In this document: piece after piece, positions 17,001-33,600 of the stretch
How the letters are laid out: every line of letters begins with the position of its first letter
Position numbering within the stretch: position 1 is the first letter of the stretch
NCBI GenBank assembly: GCA_964016885.1
Contig: OZ024743.1
Location: forward strand, 134,478,001-134,542,000
DNA from: Eledone cirrhosa
Taxonomy: Eukaryota
Direction of reading: 5' to 3'
Length of the DNA: 64,000 nt
Program-made: the position numbers and the translations under genes
The notes under the pieces: model-generated
What the model was told of the DNA's origin: nothing
What the model saw: the letters and a program-made list of their open reading frames with translations, nothing else
Database searches by the model: none

Positions 17001-20000
17001 ACCAAGGACCAAACACCAAGCACCAAGCACCAAGCACCAAGCACCAAGCACCAAACACCAAGCACCAATCAACAAACACCCAGCACCAAGCACCAAGCAC
17101 CAAACACCAAGCACCAGGCACCAAACACCAAACACCAAACACCAAGCACCAAGCACCAAACAGCAAGCACCAAGCACCAAACACCAAGCACCAAGCACCA
17201 AACAACAAACACCAAGGACCATGCACCAAACACTAAACACCAAACAGCAAACACCAAACACCAAACAGCAAAAACCAAATACGAAACAGCAAACACCATA
17301 CAGCAAACAGCAAACACCAAACACCAAACACCAAACACCAAACACCAAACAGCAAGCACCAAACAGCAAACAGCAAACAGCAAACGCCAAACACGAAGCA
17401 CCAAGCACCAGGCACCAAACACCAAGCACCAAGCACCAACCACCAAACTCCAAGCACCAAAGACCAAGCACCAAGCACCAAGCACCAAACAACAAGCACC
17501 AAGCACCAAGCACCAAACACCAAGCACCAAGCACCAAACACCAACCACCCAGCACCAAGCACCAAGCACCAAACACCAAGCACCAAACACCAAACACTAA
17601 ACACCAAGCACCAAGCACCAAGCACCAGACACCAAGCCCCAAGCACCAAGCACCAAACACCAAACACCAAGCCCCAGGCACCAAACACCAAGCCCCAAGC
17701 ACCAAGCACCAAACACCAAACATCAAGCACCAAGCACCAAACACCAAATACCAAGCACCAAAGACCAAACACCAAGCACCAAGGACCCAACATCAAACAC
17801 CAAGCACCAAGCACCAAACACCAAACACCAAGCCCCAAGCACCAAGCACCAAGCACCGAACACCAAGCCCCAAACACCAATCACCAAACACCAAGCACCA
17901 AACACCAAACACTAAGTCCCACGCACCAAGCACCAAACACCAAGCACCAAGCACCAAACACCAACCACCCAGCACCAAGCACCAAGCACCAAACACCAAG
18001 CACCAAACACCAAACACCAATCACGAAGCACCAAGCACCAAGCACCAAACAACAAGCACCAAGCACAAAGCACCAAACACCAAGCCACAAGCACCAAGCA
18101 CCAAACACCAAACACCAAGCACCAAGCACCAAACCCCAAGCACCAAGCACCAAGCACCTAGCACCAAACACCAAACAACAAGCACCAAGTACCCAACACC
18201 AAGCACCAATCACCAAGCACCAAACACCAAGCAGCAAGCAGCAAGCACCAAACACCAAACACCAAGCACCAAGCACCAAACATCAAGCACCAAGGATCAA
18301 ACATCAAACACCAAGCACCAAGCACCAATCACCTAACACCAAGCACCAAACACCAAGCACCAAGCACCGAACACCAAGCACCAAACACCAAGCACCAAAC
18401 ACCAAGCACCAAGCACCAAATACCAAGCACCAAACACCAAGCACCAAGCACCAAGCACCAAACACCAAGCACCAGGCACCAAGCACCAAACACCAAGCAC
18501 CATGCACCAAGCACCAAGCCCCAAACACTTAACACCAAGCACCAAGCACCAAGCATCAAACACCAAGCATCAAAAACCAAGCACCAAGCACCAAGTACCA
18601 AACACCAAGCACCAAGCACCAAACACCATGCACCAAGCACCAATCACCAAACACCAAGAACCAACCACCAAACACCAAGAACCAAGCACCAAGTACATAC
18701 ACCAAGCACCAAACACCAAACACAAAACACCAAGCACCAAGCAACAAGCATCAAACACCAAGCGTCAAACACCAAACACCAAGCACTCAGCACCAAACAC
18801 CAAGCACCAAACACCAAGCACCAAACACCAAACACCAAGCACCAAGCACCAAAACCCAAACACCAAGCACCAAGCACCAAACACCAAACACCAAGCACCA
18901 AGCACCAAACACGAAGCACCAAGCACCAAACAGCAAACCCCAAGCACCAAGCACCAAACACTAATCACCAAGCACCAAGCACCAAACAACAAGCACCAAG
19001 CACCAAGCACCAGGCACCAAGCACCAAGCACCAAACACAAAACACCAAGCACCAAGCACCAAGCAGCACACACCAAGCATCAAACACCAAACACCCAACA
19101 CCAAGCACCAAACACCAAACACCAAGCACTAAGCACCAAGCACCAAGCACCAAACTCCAAGCACCCAGCACCAAACAACAATCACCAAGCACCAAGCATC
19201 AAACACCAAATACCAAGCACCAAGCACCAAGCACCAAACACCAAACACCAAGCACCAAACACCAGACACCAAGCAGCAAACACCAAACACCAAGCACCAA
19301 GCACCAAACAGCATACAACAAGCACCAGGCACCAAGCACCAGACACCAAACACCAAACACCAAGCACCAAGCACCAAATGCCAAACACCAAGCACCAAGC
19401 ACAAAGCACCAAACACCAAACACCAAACACCAAACAGCAAACACCAAACACCAAACAGCAAAAACCAAATACGAAACAGCAAACACCATACAGCAAACAC
19501 CAAACACCAAAAAGCAGACACCAAACAGCAAACACCAAACAGCAAACACCAAACACCAAACACCAAGCACCAAGCACCAACCACCAAACTCCAAGCACCA
19601 AAGACCAAGCACCAAGCACCAAGCACCAAACACCAAGCACCAAGCACCAAACACCAACCACCCAGCACCAAGCACCAAGCACCAAACACCAAGCACCAAA
19701 CACCAAACACTAAACACCAAGCACCAAGCACCAAGCACCAAACACCAAGCCCCAAGCACCAAGTACCAAACACCAAACACCAAGCACCAAGCACCAAACA
19801 CCAAGCCCCAAGCACCAAGCACCAAACACCAAACATCAAGCACCAAGCACCAAACACCAAAAACCAAGCACCAAACACCAAACACCAAGCACCAAGGACC
19901 CAACATCAAACACCAAGCACCTAGCACCAAACACCAAACACCAAGCCCCAAGCACCAAGCACCAAGCACCGAACACCAAGCCCCAAACACCAAGCACCAA

Positions 20001-21680
20001 ACACCAAGCACCAAACATCAAACACTAAGTCCCACGCACCAAGCACCAAACAACAAACAGCAAGCACCAAGCACCAAACACCAAGCACCAAGCACCAAGC
20101 CCCTAGCACCAAACACCAAACACCAAGCACCAAGCACAAAACACCAAGCACCAATCACCAAGCACCAAACACCAAGCAGCAAGCAGCAAGCACCAAACAC
20201 CAAACACCAATCACCAAGCACCAAGCACCAAACACCAAGCACCAAGGACCAAACAACAAACACCAAGCATCAACCACCAAACACCTAACACCGAGCACCA
20301 AGCACCAAGCACCAAGCACCAAACACCAAGCACCAATCACCAAACACCAAGCACCAAGCACCAAACTCCAAGCACCAGGCACCAAGCACCAAACACCAAG
20401 CACCAAGCACCAAACACCAAGCACCAAGACCGAAGCACCAAACACCAAGCACCAAGCTCCAAACACAAAACACCAAGCACCAGGCAGCAAGCATCAAACA
20501 CCAAACACCAAGCACCAAGCACCAAGCACCAAACACCAAGCACCAAACACCAAGCACCAAACACCAAGTCCCACGCACCAAGCACCAAACACCAAACACC
20601 AAGCACCAAGCATCAAACACCAAGCACCAAGCAGCAAGCACCAAACACCAAACACCAAGCACCAACCACCAACCACCAAACACCAAGCACCAATAACCAA
20701 ACACCAAACCCCAAGCACCAAAGACCAAGCACCAAGCACCAAGGACCAAACACCAAGCACCAAGCACCAAGCACCAAGCACCAAGCACCAAACACCAAGC
20801 ACCAAGCAACAAACACCCAGCACCAAGCACCAAGCACCAAACACCAAGCACCAGGCACCAAACACCAAACACCAAACACCAAGCACCAAGCACCAAACAG
20901 CAAGCACCAAGCACCAAACACCAAGCACCAAGCACCAAACAACAAACACCAAGGACCATGCACCAAACACTAAACACCAAACAGCAAACACCAAACACCA
21001 AACAGCAAAAACCAAATACGAAACAGCAAACACCATACAGCAAACAGCAAACACCAAACACCAAACACCAAACACCAAACACCAAACAGCAAGTACCAAA
21101 CAGCAAACAGCAAACAGCAAACGCCAAACACGAAGCACCAAGCACCAGGCACCAAACACCAAGCACCAAGCACCAACCACCAAACTCCAAGCACCAAAGA
21201 CCAAGCACCAAGCACCAAGCACCAAACAACAAGCACCAAGCACCAAGCACCAAACACCAAGCACCAAGCACCAAACACCAACCACCCAGCACCAAGCACC
21301 AAGCACCAAACACCAAGCACCAAACACCAAACACTAAACACCAAGCACCAAGCACCAAGCACCAGACACCAAGCCCCAAGCACCAAGCACCAAACACCAA
21401 ACACCAAGCCCCAGGCACCAAACACCAAGCCCCAAGCACCAAGCACCAAACACCAAACATCAAGCACCAAGCACCAAACACCAAATACCAAGCACCAAAG
21501 ACCAAACACCAAGCACCAAGGACCCAACATCAAACACCAAGCACCAAGCACCAAACACCAAACACCAAGCCCCAAGCACCAAGCACCAAGCACCGAACAC
21601 CAAGCCCCAAACACCAATCACCAAACACCAAGCACCAAACACCAAACACTAAGTCCCACGCACCAAGCACCAAACACCAA
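14186..21680 (+). repeat. Tandem duplication, period 3737 bp (copies ~14186-17922 and ~17923-21680)
   Basis: GGATC at 14557/18294. ORF twins 14284/18021, 14765/18502, 16548/20285 and 17723/21460 are all +3737. Confidence 0.9.
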
Positions 21681-24600
21681 ACAGCAAGCACCAAGCACCA
21701 AACACCAAGCACCAAGCACCAAGCCCCTAGCACCAAACACCAAACACCAAGCACCAAGCACAAAACGCCAAGCACCAATCACCAAGCACCAAACACCAAG
21801 CAGCAAGCAGCAAGCACCAAACACCTAACACCAAGCACCAAGCACCAAACACCAAACACCAAGCACCAAGCACCAAACATCAAACACCAAGCACCAAGCA
21901 CCAAACACCTAACACCAAGCACCAAGCACCAAGCACCAAGCACCAAACACCAAGCACCAATCACCAAACACCAAGCACCAAGCACCAAACACCAAGCACC
22001 AGGCACCAAGCACCAAACACCAAGCACCAAGCACAAAACACCAAGCACCAAGACCGAAGCACCAAACACCAAGCACCAAACTCCAAACACAAAACACCAA
22101 GCACCAAGCAGCAAGCACCAAACACCAAACACCAAGCACCAAGCACCAAACACCAAACACCAAGCACCAGGGACCAAACATCAAACACCAAGCACCAAGC
22201 ACCAAACACCTAACACCAAGCACCAACCACCAAGCACCAAGCACCAAACAACAAGCACCAGGCACCAAACAACAAGCACCAGGCACCAAGCTCCAAACAC
22301 CAAACACCAAGCACCAAGCACCAAAGACCAAACACCAAGCACGCAGCATCAAACACCAATCACCAAGCACCAAGCACCAACCACCAAGCACAAAGCACCA
22401 AGCACCAAGTACCAAACACCAAACACCAAGCACAAAACACCAAACACCAAGCACCAAGCACCAAGCACGAAACACCAGGCACCAAGCACCAAGAACCAAA
22501 ATCCAAACACCAAGCACCAAACACCAGCCACCAAGCACCAAGCACCAAACACCAAACAGCAAACACCAAACAGCAAACACCAAACACCAAACAGCAAACA
22601 GCAAACGCCAAACACCAAGCACCAAGCACCAAGCACCAAACACCAAGCACCAAGCACCAAGCAGCAAGCACCAAACACCAAACACCAAGCACCAAGCACC
22701 AAACACCAAACACCAAACACCAAGCACCAACCATCAAACAGCAAGCACCAAGCACCAAACACCAAGCACCAAGCACCAAACAACAAACACCAAGGACCAT
22801 GCACCAAACATTAATCACCAAGCACCAAGCACCAAACACCAAACAGCAAGCACCAAACACCAAACACCAAACACCAAACACCAAACAGCAAGCACCAAAC
22901 AGCAAACAGCAAACAGCAAACGCCAAACACCAAGCACCAGGCACCAAGCACCAAACACCAAGCACCAAGCACCAAGCATTAAACACCAAACACCAAGCAC
23001 CAAGCACCAGGCACCAAACACCAAGCACCAAGCACCAAACACCAAACCCCAAGCAGCAAAGACAAAGCACCAAGCACCAAGGACCAAACACCAAACACCA
23101 AGCACCAAATACCAAACACCAAGCACCAAGCACCAGGCACCAAACACCAAGCACCAAGCACCAAGCACCAAACACCAAACACCAAGCACCAACCACCAGC
23201 CACCAAGCACCAAGCACCAAACACCAAACACCAAGCACTAAGCACCAAACACCAAACAACAAGCACCAGGCACCAAGCACCAAACACCAAACACCAAGCA
23301 CCAAGCACCAAGCACCAAACACCAAGCACCAAGCACCAAATACCAAACACCAAGCACCAAGCACAAAGCACCAAACACCAAACACCATACACCAAACAGC
23401 AAACACCAAACACCAAACAGCAAAAGCCAAATACGAAACAGCAAACACCATACAGCAAACACCAAACACCAAAAAGCAGACACCAAACAGCAAACACCAA
23501 ACAGCAAACACCAAACCCCAAACACCAAGCACCAAGCACCAACAACCAAACTCCAAGCACCAAAGACCAAGCACCAAGCACCAAGCACCAAACAACAAGC
23601 ACCAAGCACCAAGCACCAAACACCAAGCACCAAGCACCAAACACCAACCACCCAGCACCAAGCACCAAGCACCAAACACCAAGCACCAAACACCAAACAC
23701 TAAACACCAAGCACCAAGCACCAAGCACCAAACACCAAGCCCCAAGCACCAAGCACCAAACACCAAACACCAAGCACCAAGCACCAAGCACCAAGTACCA
23801 AACACCAAACACCAAGCACCAAACACCAAACACCAAGCACCAAGCACCAAGCACGAAACACCAGGCACCAAGCACCAAGCACCAAAATCCAAACACCAAG
23901 CACCAAACACCAGCCACCAAGCACCAAGCACCAAGCACCAAGCACCAAGCACCCAATACCAAACAGCAAACACGAAACACAAAACAACAAACACCATACA
24001 GCAAACACCAAACACCAAACAGCAGACACCAAACAGCAAACACCAAACAGCAAACACCGAACACCAAACCCCAAGCACCGAACACTAATCACCAAGCACC
24101 AAGCACCAAGCACCAAAAACCAAGCGTCAAGCACCTAGCACCAAACACCAAGCACCAAGCACCAAGCACAAACACCAAACACCAAGCACCAAAGACCAAG
24201 CACCAAGCACCAAGCACCAAACAATAAGCACAAAGCACCAAGCACCAAACACCAAGCACCAAGCACCAAACATCAACCACCCAGCACCAAGCACCAAGCA
24301 CCTAACACCAAGCACCAAGCACCAAGCACCAAGCACCAAGCACCAAACAGCAAGCACCAAGCACCAAACACCAAGCCCCAAGCACCAAGCACCAAGCACC
24401 TAGCACCAAACACCAAACACCAAGCACCAAGCACCAAGCACCAAACACCAAGCACCAATCACCAAGCACCAAACACCAAGCAGCAAGCAGCAAGCACCAA
24501 ACACGAATCACCAAGCACCAAGCACCAAACACCAAACACCAAGCACCAAGGACCAAACATCAAACACCAAGCACCAAGCACCAAAAACCTAACACCAAGT

Positions 24601-27600
24601 ACCAAGCACCAAGCACCAAGCACCGAACACCAAGCACCAAACACCAAGCACCAAACACCAAGCACCAAGCACCAAACACCAAACACCAAGCACCAAGCAC
24701 CAAGCACCAAACACCAAGCACCAGGCACCAAGCCCCAAACATCAAGCACCATGCACCAAACACCAAACACCAAGCACCAAGTACATACACCAAGCACCAA
24801 ACACCAAACACAAAACACCAAGCACCAAGCACCAAACACCAAGCACCAAGCACCAAGTACATACACCAAGCACCAAACACCAAACACAAAACACCAAGCA
24901 CCAAACACCAAGCACCAAGCACCAAACAGCAAACCCCAAGCACCAAGCACCAAACACTAATCACCCAGCACCAAGCACCAAGCACCAAACACCAAGCACC
25001 AAGCACCAAGCACCAAGTACCAAACACCAAACACCAAGCGCCAAACACCAAACACCATGCACCAAGCACCAGGCACCAAACACCAGGCACCAAGCACCAA
25101 GCACCAAACACCAAACACCAAGCACCAAACACCATCCACCAAGCACCAAGCACCAAACACCAAACACCAAGCACTAAGCACCAAACACCAAACAACAAGC
25201 ACCAGGCACCAAGCACCAAACACCAAACAACAAGCACCAAGCACCAAGCACCAAACACCGAGCACCAAGCACCAAACACCAATCACCAAACACCAAACAC
25301 CAAACACCAAGCACCAAGCACCAAACACCAAACACCAAACAGCAAGCACCAAGCACCAAACACCAAGCACCAAGCAGTAAGCACCAAACACCAAACACCA
25401 AGCACCAAGCACCAAGCACCAAGCACCAAGCACCAAACACCAAGCACCAAGCACCAAACACCAAACCCCAAGCACCAAAGACCAAGCACCAAGCACCAAG
25501 GACCAAACACCAAGCACCAAGCACCAAGCACAAAGCACCAAACACCAAGCACCAAGCACCAAACACCCAGCACCAAGCACCAAGCACCAAACACCAAGCA
25601 CCAAGCACCAAACACCAAACACCAAACACCAAGCACCAAGCACCAAACAGCAAGCACCAAGCACCAAACACCAAGCACCAAGCACCAAACAACAAACACC
25701 AAGGACCATGCACCAAACACTAATCACCAAGCACCAAGCACCAAACACCAAACAGCAAGCACCAAACACCAAACACCAAACACCAAACACCAAACAGCAA
25801 GCACCAAACAGCAAACAGCAAACAGCAAACGCCAAGAACCAAGCACCAAGCACCAGGCACCAAACACCAAGCACCAAGCACCAAACACCAAACCCCAAGC
25901 ACCAAAGACCAAGCACCAAGCACCAAACACCAAACACCAAACAGCAAACACCAAACACCAAACAGCAAAAACCAAATACGAAACAGCAAACACCATACAG
26001 CAAACACCAAACACCAAAAAGCAGACACCAAACAGCAAACACCAGGCACCAAGCTCCAAACACCAAACACCAAGCACCAAGCACCAAACACCAAACACCA
26101 AGACACGCAGCATCAAACACCAATCACCAAGCACGAAGCACCAAACACCAAGCACCAAGCACCAAGCACCAAGTACCAAACACCAAACACCAAGCACCAA
26201 ACACCAAACACCAAGCACCAAGCACCAAGCACGAAACACCAGGCACCAAGCACCAAGCACCAAAATCCAAACACCAAGCACCAAACACCAGCCACCAAGC
26301 ACCAAGCACCAAACACCAAACAGCAAACACCAAACACCAAACACCAAACACCAAGCACCAAGCACCAACCACCAAACTCCAAGCACCAAAGACCAAGCAC
26401 CAAGCACCAAGCACCAAACAACAAGCACCAAGCACCAAGCACCAAACACCAAGCACCAAGCACCAAACACCAACCACCCAGCACCAAGCACCAAGCACCA
26501 AACACCAAGCACCAAACACCAAACACTAAACACCAAGCTCCAAGCACCAAGCACCAGACACCAAGCCCCAAGCACCAAGCACCAAACACCAAACACCAAG
26601 CACCAAGCACCAAACACCAAGCCCCAAGCACCAAGCACCAAACACCAAACATCAAGCACCAAGCACCAAACACCAAACACCAAGCACCAAAGACCAAACA
26701 CCAAGCACCAAGGACCCAACATCAAACACCAAGCACCAAGCACCAAACACCAAACACCAAGCCTCAAGCACCAAGCACCAAGCACCGAACACCAAGCCCC
26801 AAACACCAAGCACCAAACACCAAGCACCAAACACCAAACACTAAGTCCAACGCACCAAGCACCAAACACCAAACAGCAAGCACCAAGCACCAAACACCAA
26901 GCACCAAGCACAAAACACCAAGCACCAATCACCAAGCACCAAACACCAAGCAGCAAGCACCAAACACCAAACACCAAGCACCAAGAACCAAACACCAAAC
27001 ACCAAGCACCAAGCACCAAACATCAAACACCAAGCACCAAGCACCAAACACCTAACACCAAGCACCAAGCACCAAGCACCAAGCACCAAACACCAAGCAC
27101 CAATCACCAAAAACCAAGCACCAAGCACCAAACACCAAGCACCAGGCACCAAGCACCAAACACCAAGCACCAAGCACCAAACAGCAAGCACCAAGACCGA
27201 AGCACCAAACACCAACACTAAACTCCAAACACAAAACACCAAGCACCAAGCAGCAAGCACCAAACACCAAACACCAAGCACCAAGCACCAAACACCAAAC
27301 ACCAAGCACCAGGGACCAAACATCAAACACCAAGCACCAAGCACCAAACACCTAACACCAAGCACCAACCACCAAGCACCAAGCACCAAACACCAAGCAC
27401 CAAGCACCAAACACCAAGCACTAAGCACCAAACACCAAGCACCAAGCACCAAGCACCAAACACCAAGCACCAAACACCAAACACCAAAAAACAAGCACCA
27501 GGCACCAAACAACAAGCACCAGGCACCAAGCTCCAAACACCAAACACCAAGCACCAAGCACCAAACACCAAACACCAAGACACGCAGCATCAAACACCAA

Positions 27601-30600
27601 TCACCAAGCACCAAGCACCAAACACCAAACACCAAGCACCAGGGACCAAACATCAAACACCAAGCACCAAGCACCAAACACCTAACACCAAGCACCAACC
27701 ACCAAGCACCAAGCACCAAACACCAAGCACCAAGCACCAAACACCAAGCACTAAGCACCAAACACCAAGCACCAAGCACCAAGCACCAAACACCAAGCAC
27801 CAAACACCAAACACCAAAAAACAAGCACCAGGCACCAAACAACAAGCACCAGGCACCAAGCTCCAAACACCAAACACCAAGCACCAAGCACCAAACACCA
27901 AACACCAAGACACGCAGCATCAAACACCAATCACCAAGCACCAAGCACCAAACACCAAGCACCAAGCACCAGACACCAAGCCCCAAGCACCAAGCACCAA
28001 ACACCAAACACCAAGCCCCAGGCACCAAACACCAAGCCCCAAGCACCAAGCACCAAACACCAAATATCAAGCACCAAGCACCAAACACCAAATACCAAGC
28101 ACCAAAGACCAAACACCAAGCACCAAGGACCCAACATCAAACACCAAGCACCAAGCACCAAACACCAAACACCAAGCCCCAAGCACCAAGCACCAAGCAC
28201 CGAACACCAAGCCCCAAACACCAATCACCAAACACCAAGCACCAAACACCAAACACTAAGTCCCACGCACCAAGCACCAAACACCAAACAGCAAGCACCA
28301 AGCACCAAACACCAAGCACCAAGCACCAAGCCCCTAGCACCAAACACCAAACACCAAGCACCAAGCACAAAACGCCAAGCACCAATCACCAAGCACCAAA
28401 CACCAAGCAGCAAGCAGCAAGCACCAAACACCTAACACCAAGCACCAAGCACCAAACACCAAACACCAAGCACCAAGCACCAAACAGCAAACCCCAAGCA
28501 CCAAGCACCAAACACTAATCACCCAGCACCAAGCACCAAGCACCAAACACCAAGCACCAAGCACCAAGCACCAAGTACCAAACACCAAACACCAAGCGCC
28601 AAACACCAAACACCATGCACCAAGCACCAGGCACCAAACACCAGGCACCAAGCACCAAGCACCAAACACCAAACACCAAGCACCAAACACCATCCACCAA
28701 GCACCAAGCACCAAACACCAAACACCAAGCACTAAGCACCAAACACCAAACAACAAGCACCAGGCACCAAGCACCAAACACCAAACAACAAGCACCAAGC
28801 ACCAAGCACCAAACACCGAGCACCAAGCACCAAACACCAATCACCAAACACCAAACACCAAACACCAAGCACCAAGCACCAAACACCAAACACCAAACAG
28901 CAAGCACCAAGCACCAAACACCAAGCACCAAGCAGTAAGCACCAAACACCAAACACCAAGCACCAAGCACCAAGCACCAAGCACCAAGCACCAAACACCA
29001 AGCACCAAGCACCAAACACCAAACCCCAAGCACCAAAGACCAAGCACCAAGCACCAAGGACCAAACACCAAGCACCAAGCACCAAGCACAAAGCACCAAA
29101 CACCAAGCACCAAGCACCAAACACCCAGCACCAAGCACCAAGCACCAAACACCAAGCACCAAGCACCAAACACCAAACACCAAACACCAAGCACCAAGCA
29201 CCAAACAGCAAGCACCAAGCACCAAACACCAAGCACCAAGCACCAAACAACAAACACCAAGGACCATGCACCAAACACTAATCACCAAGCACCAAGCACC
29301 AAACACCAAACAGCAAGCACCAAACACCAAACACCAAACACCAAACACCAAACAGCAAGCACCAAACAGCAAACAGCAAACAGCAAACGCCAAGAACCAA
29401 GCACCAAGCACCAGGCACCAAACACCAAGCACCAAGCACCAAACACCAAACCCCAAGCACCAAAGACCAAGCACCAAGCACCAAACACCAAACACCAAAC
29501 AGCAAACACCAAACACCAAACAGCAAAAACCAAATACGAAACAGCAAACACCATACAGCAAACACCAAACACCAAAAAGCAGACACCAAACAGCAAACAC
29601 CAGGCACCAAGCTCCAAACACCAAACACCAAGCACCAAGCACCAAACACCAAACACCAAGACACGCAGCATCAAACACCAATCACCAAGCACGAAGCACC
29701 AAACACCAAGCACCAAGCACCAAGCACCAAGTACCAAACACCAAACACCAAGCACCAAACACCAAACACCAAGCACCAAGCACCAAGCACGAAACACCAG
29801 GCACCAAGCACCAAGCACCAAAATCCAAACACCAAGCACCAAACACCAGCCACCAAGCACCAAGCACCAAACACCAAACAGCAAACACCAAACACCAAAC
29901 ACCAAACACCAAGCACCAAGCACCAACCACCAAACTCCAAGCACCAAAGACCAAGCACCAAGCACCAAGCACCAAACAACAAGCACCAAGCACCAAGCAC
30001 CAAACACCAAGCACCAAGCACCAAACACCAACCACCCAGCACCAAGCACCAAGCACCAAACACCAAGCACCAAACACCAAACACTAAACACCAAGCTCCA
30101 AGCACCAAGCACCAGACACCAAGCCCCAAGCACCAAGCACCAAACACCAAACACCAAGCACCAAGCACCAAACACCAAGCCCCAAGCACCAAGCACCAAA
30201 CACCAAACATCAAGCACCAAGCACCAAACACCAAACACCAAGCACCAAAGACCAAACACCAAGCACCAAGGACCCAACATCAAACACCAAGCACCAAGCA
30301 CCAAACACCAAACACCAAGCCTCAAGCACCAAGCACCAAGCACCGAACACCAAGCCCCAAACACCAAGCACCAAACACCAAGCACCAAACACCAAACACT
30401 AAGTCCAACGCACCAAGCACCAAACACCAAACAGCAAGCACCAAGCACCAAACACCAAGCACCAAGCACAAAACACCAAGCACCAATCACCAAGCACCAA
30501 ACACCAAGCAGCAAGCACCAAACACCAAACACCAAGCACCAAGAACCAAACACCAAACACCAAGCACCAAGCACCAAACATCAAACACCAAGCACCAAGC

Positions 30601-33600
30601 ACCAAACACCTAACACCAAGCACCAAGCACCAAGCACCAAGCACCAAACACCAAGCACCAATCACCAAAAACCAAGCACCAAGCACCAAACACCAAGCAC
30701 CAGGCACCAAGCACCAAACACCAAGCACCAAGCACCAAACAGCAAGCACCAAGACCGAAGCACCAAACACCAACACTAAACTCCAAACACAAAACACCAA
30801 GCACCAAGCAGCAAGCACCAAACACCAAACACCAAGCACCAAGCACCAAACACCAAACACCAAGCACCAGGGACCAAACATCAAACACCAAGCACCAAGC
30901 ACCAAACACCTAACACCAAGCACCAACCACCAAGCACCAAGCACCAAACACCAAGCACCAAGCACCAAACACCAAGCACTAAGCACCAAACACCAAGCAC
31001 CAAGCACCAAGCACCAAACACCAAGCACCAAACACCAAACACCAAAAAACAAGCACCAGGCACCAAACAACAAGCACCAGGCACCAAGCTCCAAACACCA
31101 AACACCAAGCACCAAGCACCAAACACCAAACACCAAGACACGCAGCATCAAACACCAATCACCAAGCACCAAGCACCAAACACCAAACACCAAGCACCAG
31201 GGACCAAACATCAAACACCAAGCACCAAGCACCAAACACCTAACACCAAGCACCAACCACCAAGCACCAAGCACCAAACACCAAGCACCAAGCACCAAAC
31301 ACCAAGCACTAAGCACCAAACACCAAGCACCAAGCACCAAGCACCAAACACCAAGCACCAAACACCAAACACCAAAAAACAAGCACCAGGCACCAAACAA
31401 CAAGCACCAGGCACCAAGCTCCAAACACCAAACACCAAGCACCAAGCACCAAACACCAAACACCAAGACACGCAGCATCAAACACCAATCACCAAGCACC
31501 AAGCACCAAACACCAAGCACCAAGCACCAGACACCAAGCCCCAAGCACCAAGCACCAAACACCAAACACCAAGCCCCAGGCACCAAACACCAAGCCCCAA
31601 GCACCAAGCACCAAACACCAAATATCAAGCACCAAGCACCAAACACCAAATACCAAGCACCAAAGACCAAACACCAAGCACCAAGGACCCAACATCAAAC
31701 ACCAAGCACCAAGCACCAAACACCAAACACCAAGCCCCAAGCACCAAGCACCAAGCACCGAACACCAAGCCCCAAACACCAATCACCAAACACCAAGCAC
31801 CAAACACCAAACACTAAGTCCCACGCACCAAGCACCAAACACCAAACAGCAAGCACCAAGCACCAAACACCAAGCACCAAGCACCAAGCCCCTAGCACCA
31901 AACACCAAACACCAAGCACCAAGCACAAAACGCCAAGCACCAATCACCAAGCACCAAACACCAAGCAGCAAGCAGCAAGCACCAAACACCTAACACCAAG
32001 CACCAAGCACCAAACACCAAACACCAAGCACCAAGCACCAAACATCAAACACCAAGCACCAAGCACCAAACACCTAACACCAAGCACCAAGCACCAAGCA
32101 CCAAGCACCAAACACCAAGCACCAATCACCAAACACCAAGCACCAAGCACCAAACACCAAGCACCAGGCACCAAGCACCAAACACCAAGCACCAAGCACA
32201 AAACACCAAGCACCAAGACCGAAGCACCAAACACCAAGCACCAAACTCCAAACACAAAACACCAAGCACCAAGCAGCAAGCACCAAACACCAAACACCAA
32301 GCACCAAGCACCAAACACCAAACACCAAGCACCAGGGACCAAACATCAAACACCAAGCACCAAGCACCAAACACCTAACACCAAGCACCAACCACCAAGC
32401 ACCAAGCACCAAACAACAAGCACCAGGCACCAAACAACAAGCACCAGGCACCAAGCTCCAAACAGCAAACACCAAGCACCAAGCACCAAACACCAAACAC
32501 CAAGCACGCAGCATCAAACACCAATCACCAAGCACCAAGCACCAACCACCAAGCACCAAGCACCAAGCACCAAGTACCAAACACCAAACACCAAGCACAA
32601 AACACCAAACACCAAGCACCAAGCACCAAGCACGAAACACCAGGCACCAAGCACCAAGAACCAAAATCCAAACACCAAGCACCAAACACCAGCCACCAAG
32701 CACCAAGCACCAAACATTAATCACCAAGCACCAAGCACCAAACACCAAACAGCAAGCACCAAACACCAAACAGCAAACACCAAACACCAAACAGCAAACA
32801 GCAAACGCCAAACACCAAGCACCAAGCACCAAGCACCAAACACCAAGCACCAAGCACCAAGCAGCAAGCACCAAACACCAAACACCAAGCACCAAGCACC
32901 AAACACCAAACACCAAACACCAAGCACCAACCACCAAACAGCAAGCACCAAGCACCAAACACCAAGCACCAAGCACCAAACAACAAACACCAAGGACCAT
33001 GCACCAAACATTAATCACCAAGCACCAAGCACCAAACACCAAACAGCAAGCACCAAACACCAAACACCAAACACCAAACACCAAACAGCAAGCACCAAAC
33101 AGCAAACAGCAAACGCCAAACACCAAGCACCAAGCACCAAGCACCAAACACCAAGCACCAAGCACCAAGCATTAAACACCAAACACCAAGCACCAAGCAC
33201 CAGGCACCAAACACCAGGCACCAAGCACCAAACACCAAACCCCAAGCAGCGAAGACAAAGCACCAAGCACCAAGGACCAAACACCAAACACCAAGCACCA
33301 AATACCAAACACCAAGCACCAAGCACCAGGCACCAAACACCAAGCACCAAGCACCAAGCACCAAACACCAAACACCAAGCACCAACCACCAGCCACCAAG
33401 CACCAAGCACCAAACACCAAACACCAAGCACTAAGCACCAAACACCAAACAACAAGCACCAGGCACCAAGCACCAAACAACAAACACCAAGCACCAAGCA
33501 CCAAGCACCAAACACCAAGCACCAAGCACCAAATGCCAAACACCAAGCACCAAGCACAAAGCACCAAACACCAAACACCATACACCAAACAGCAAACACC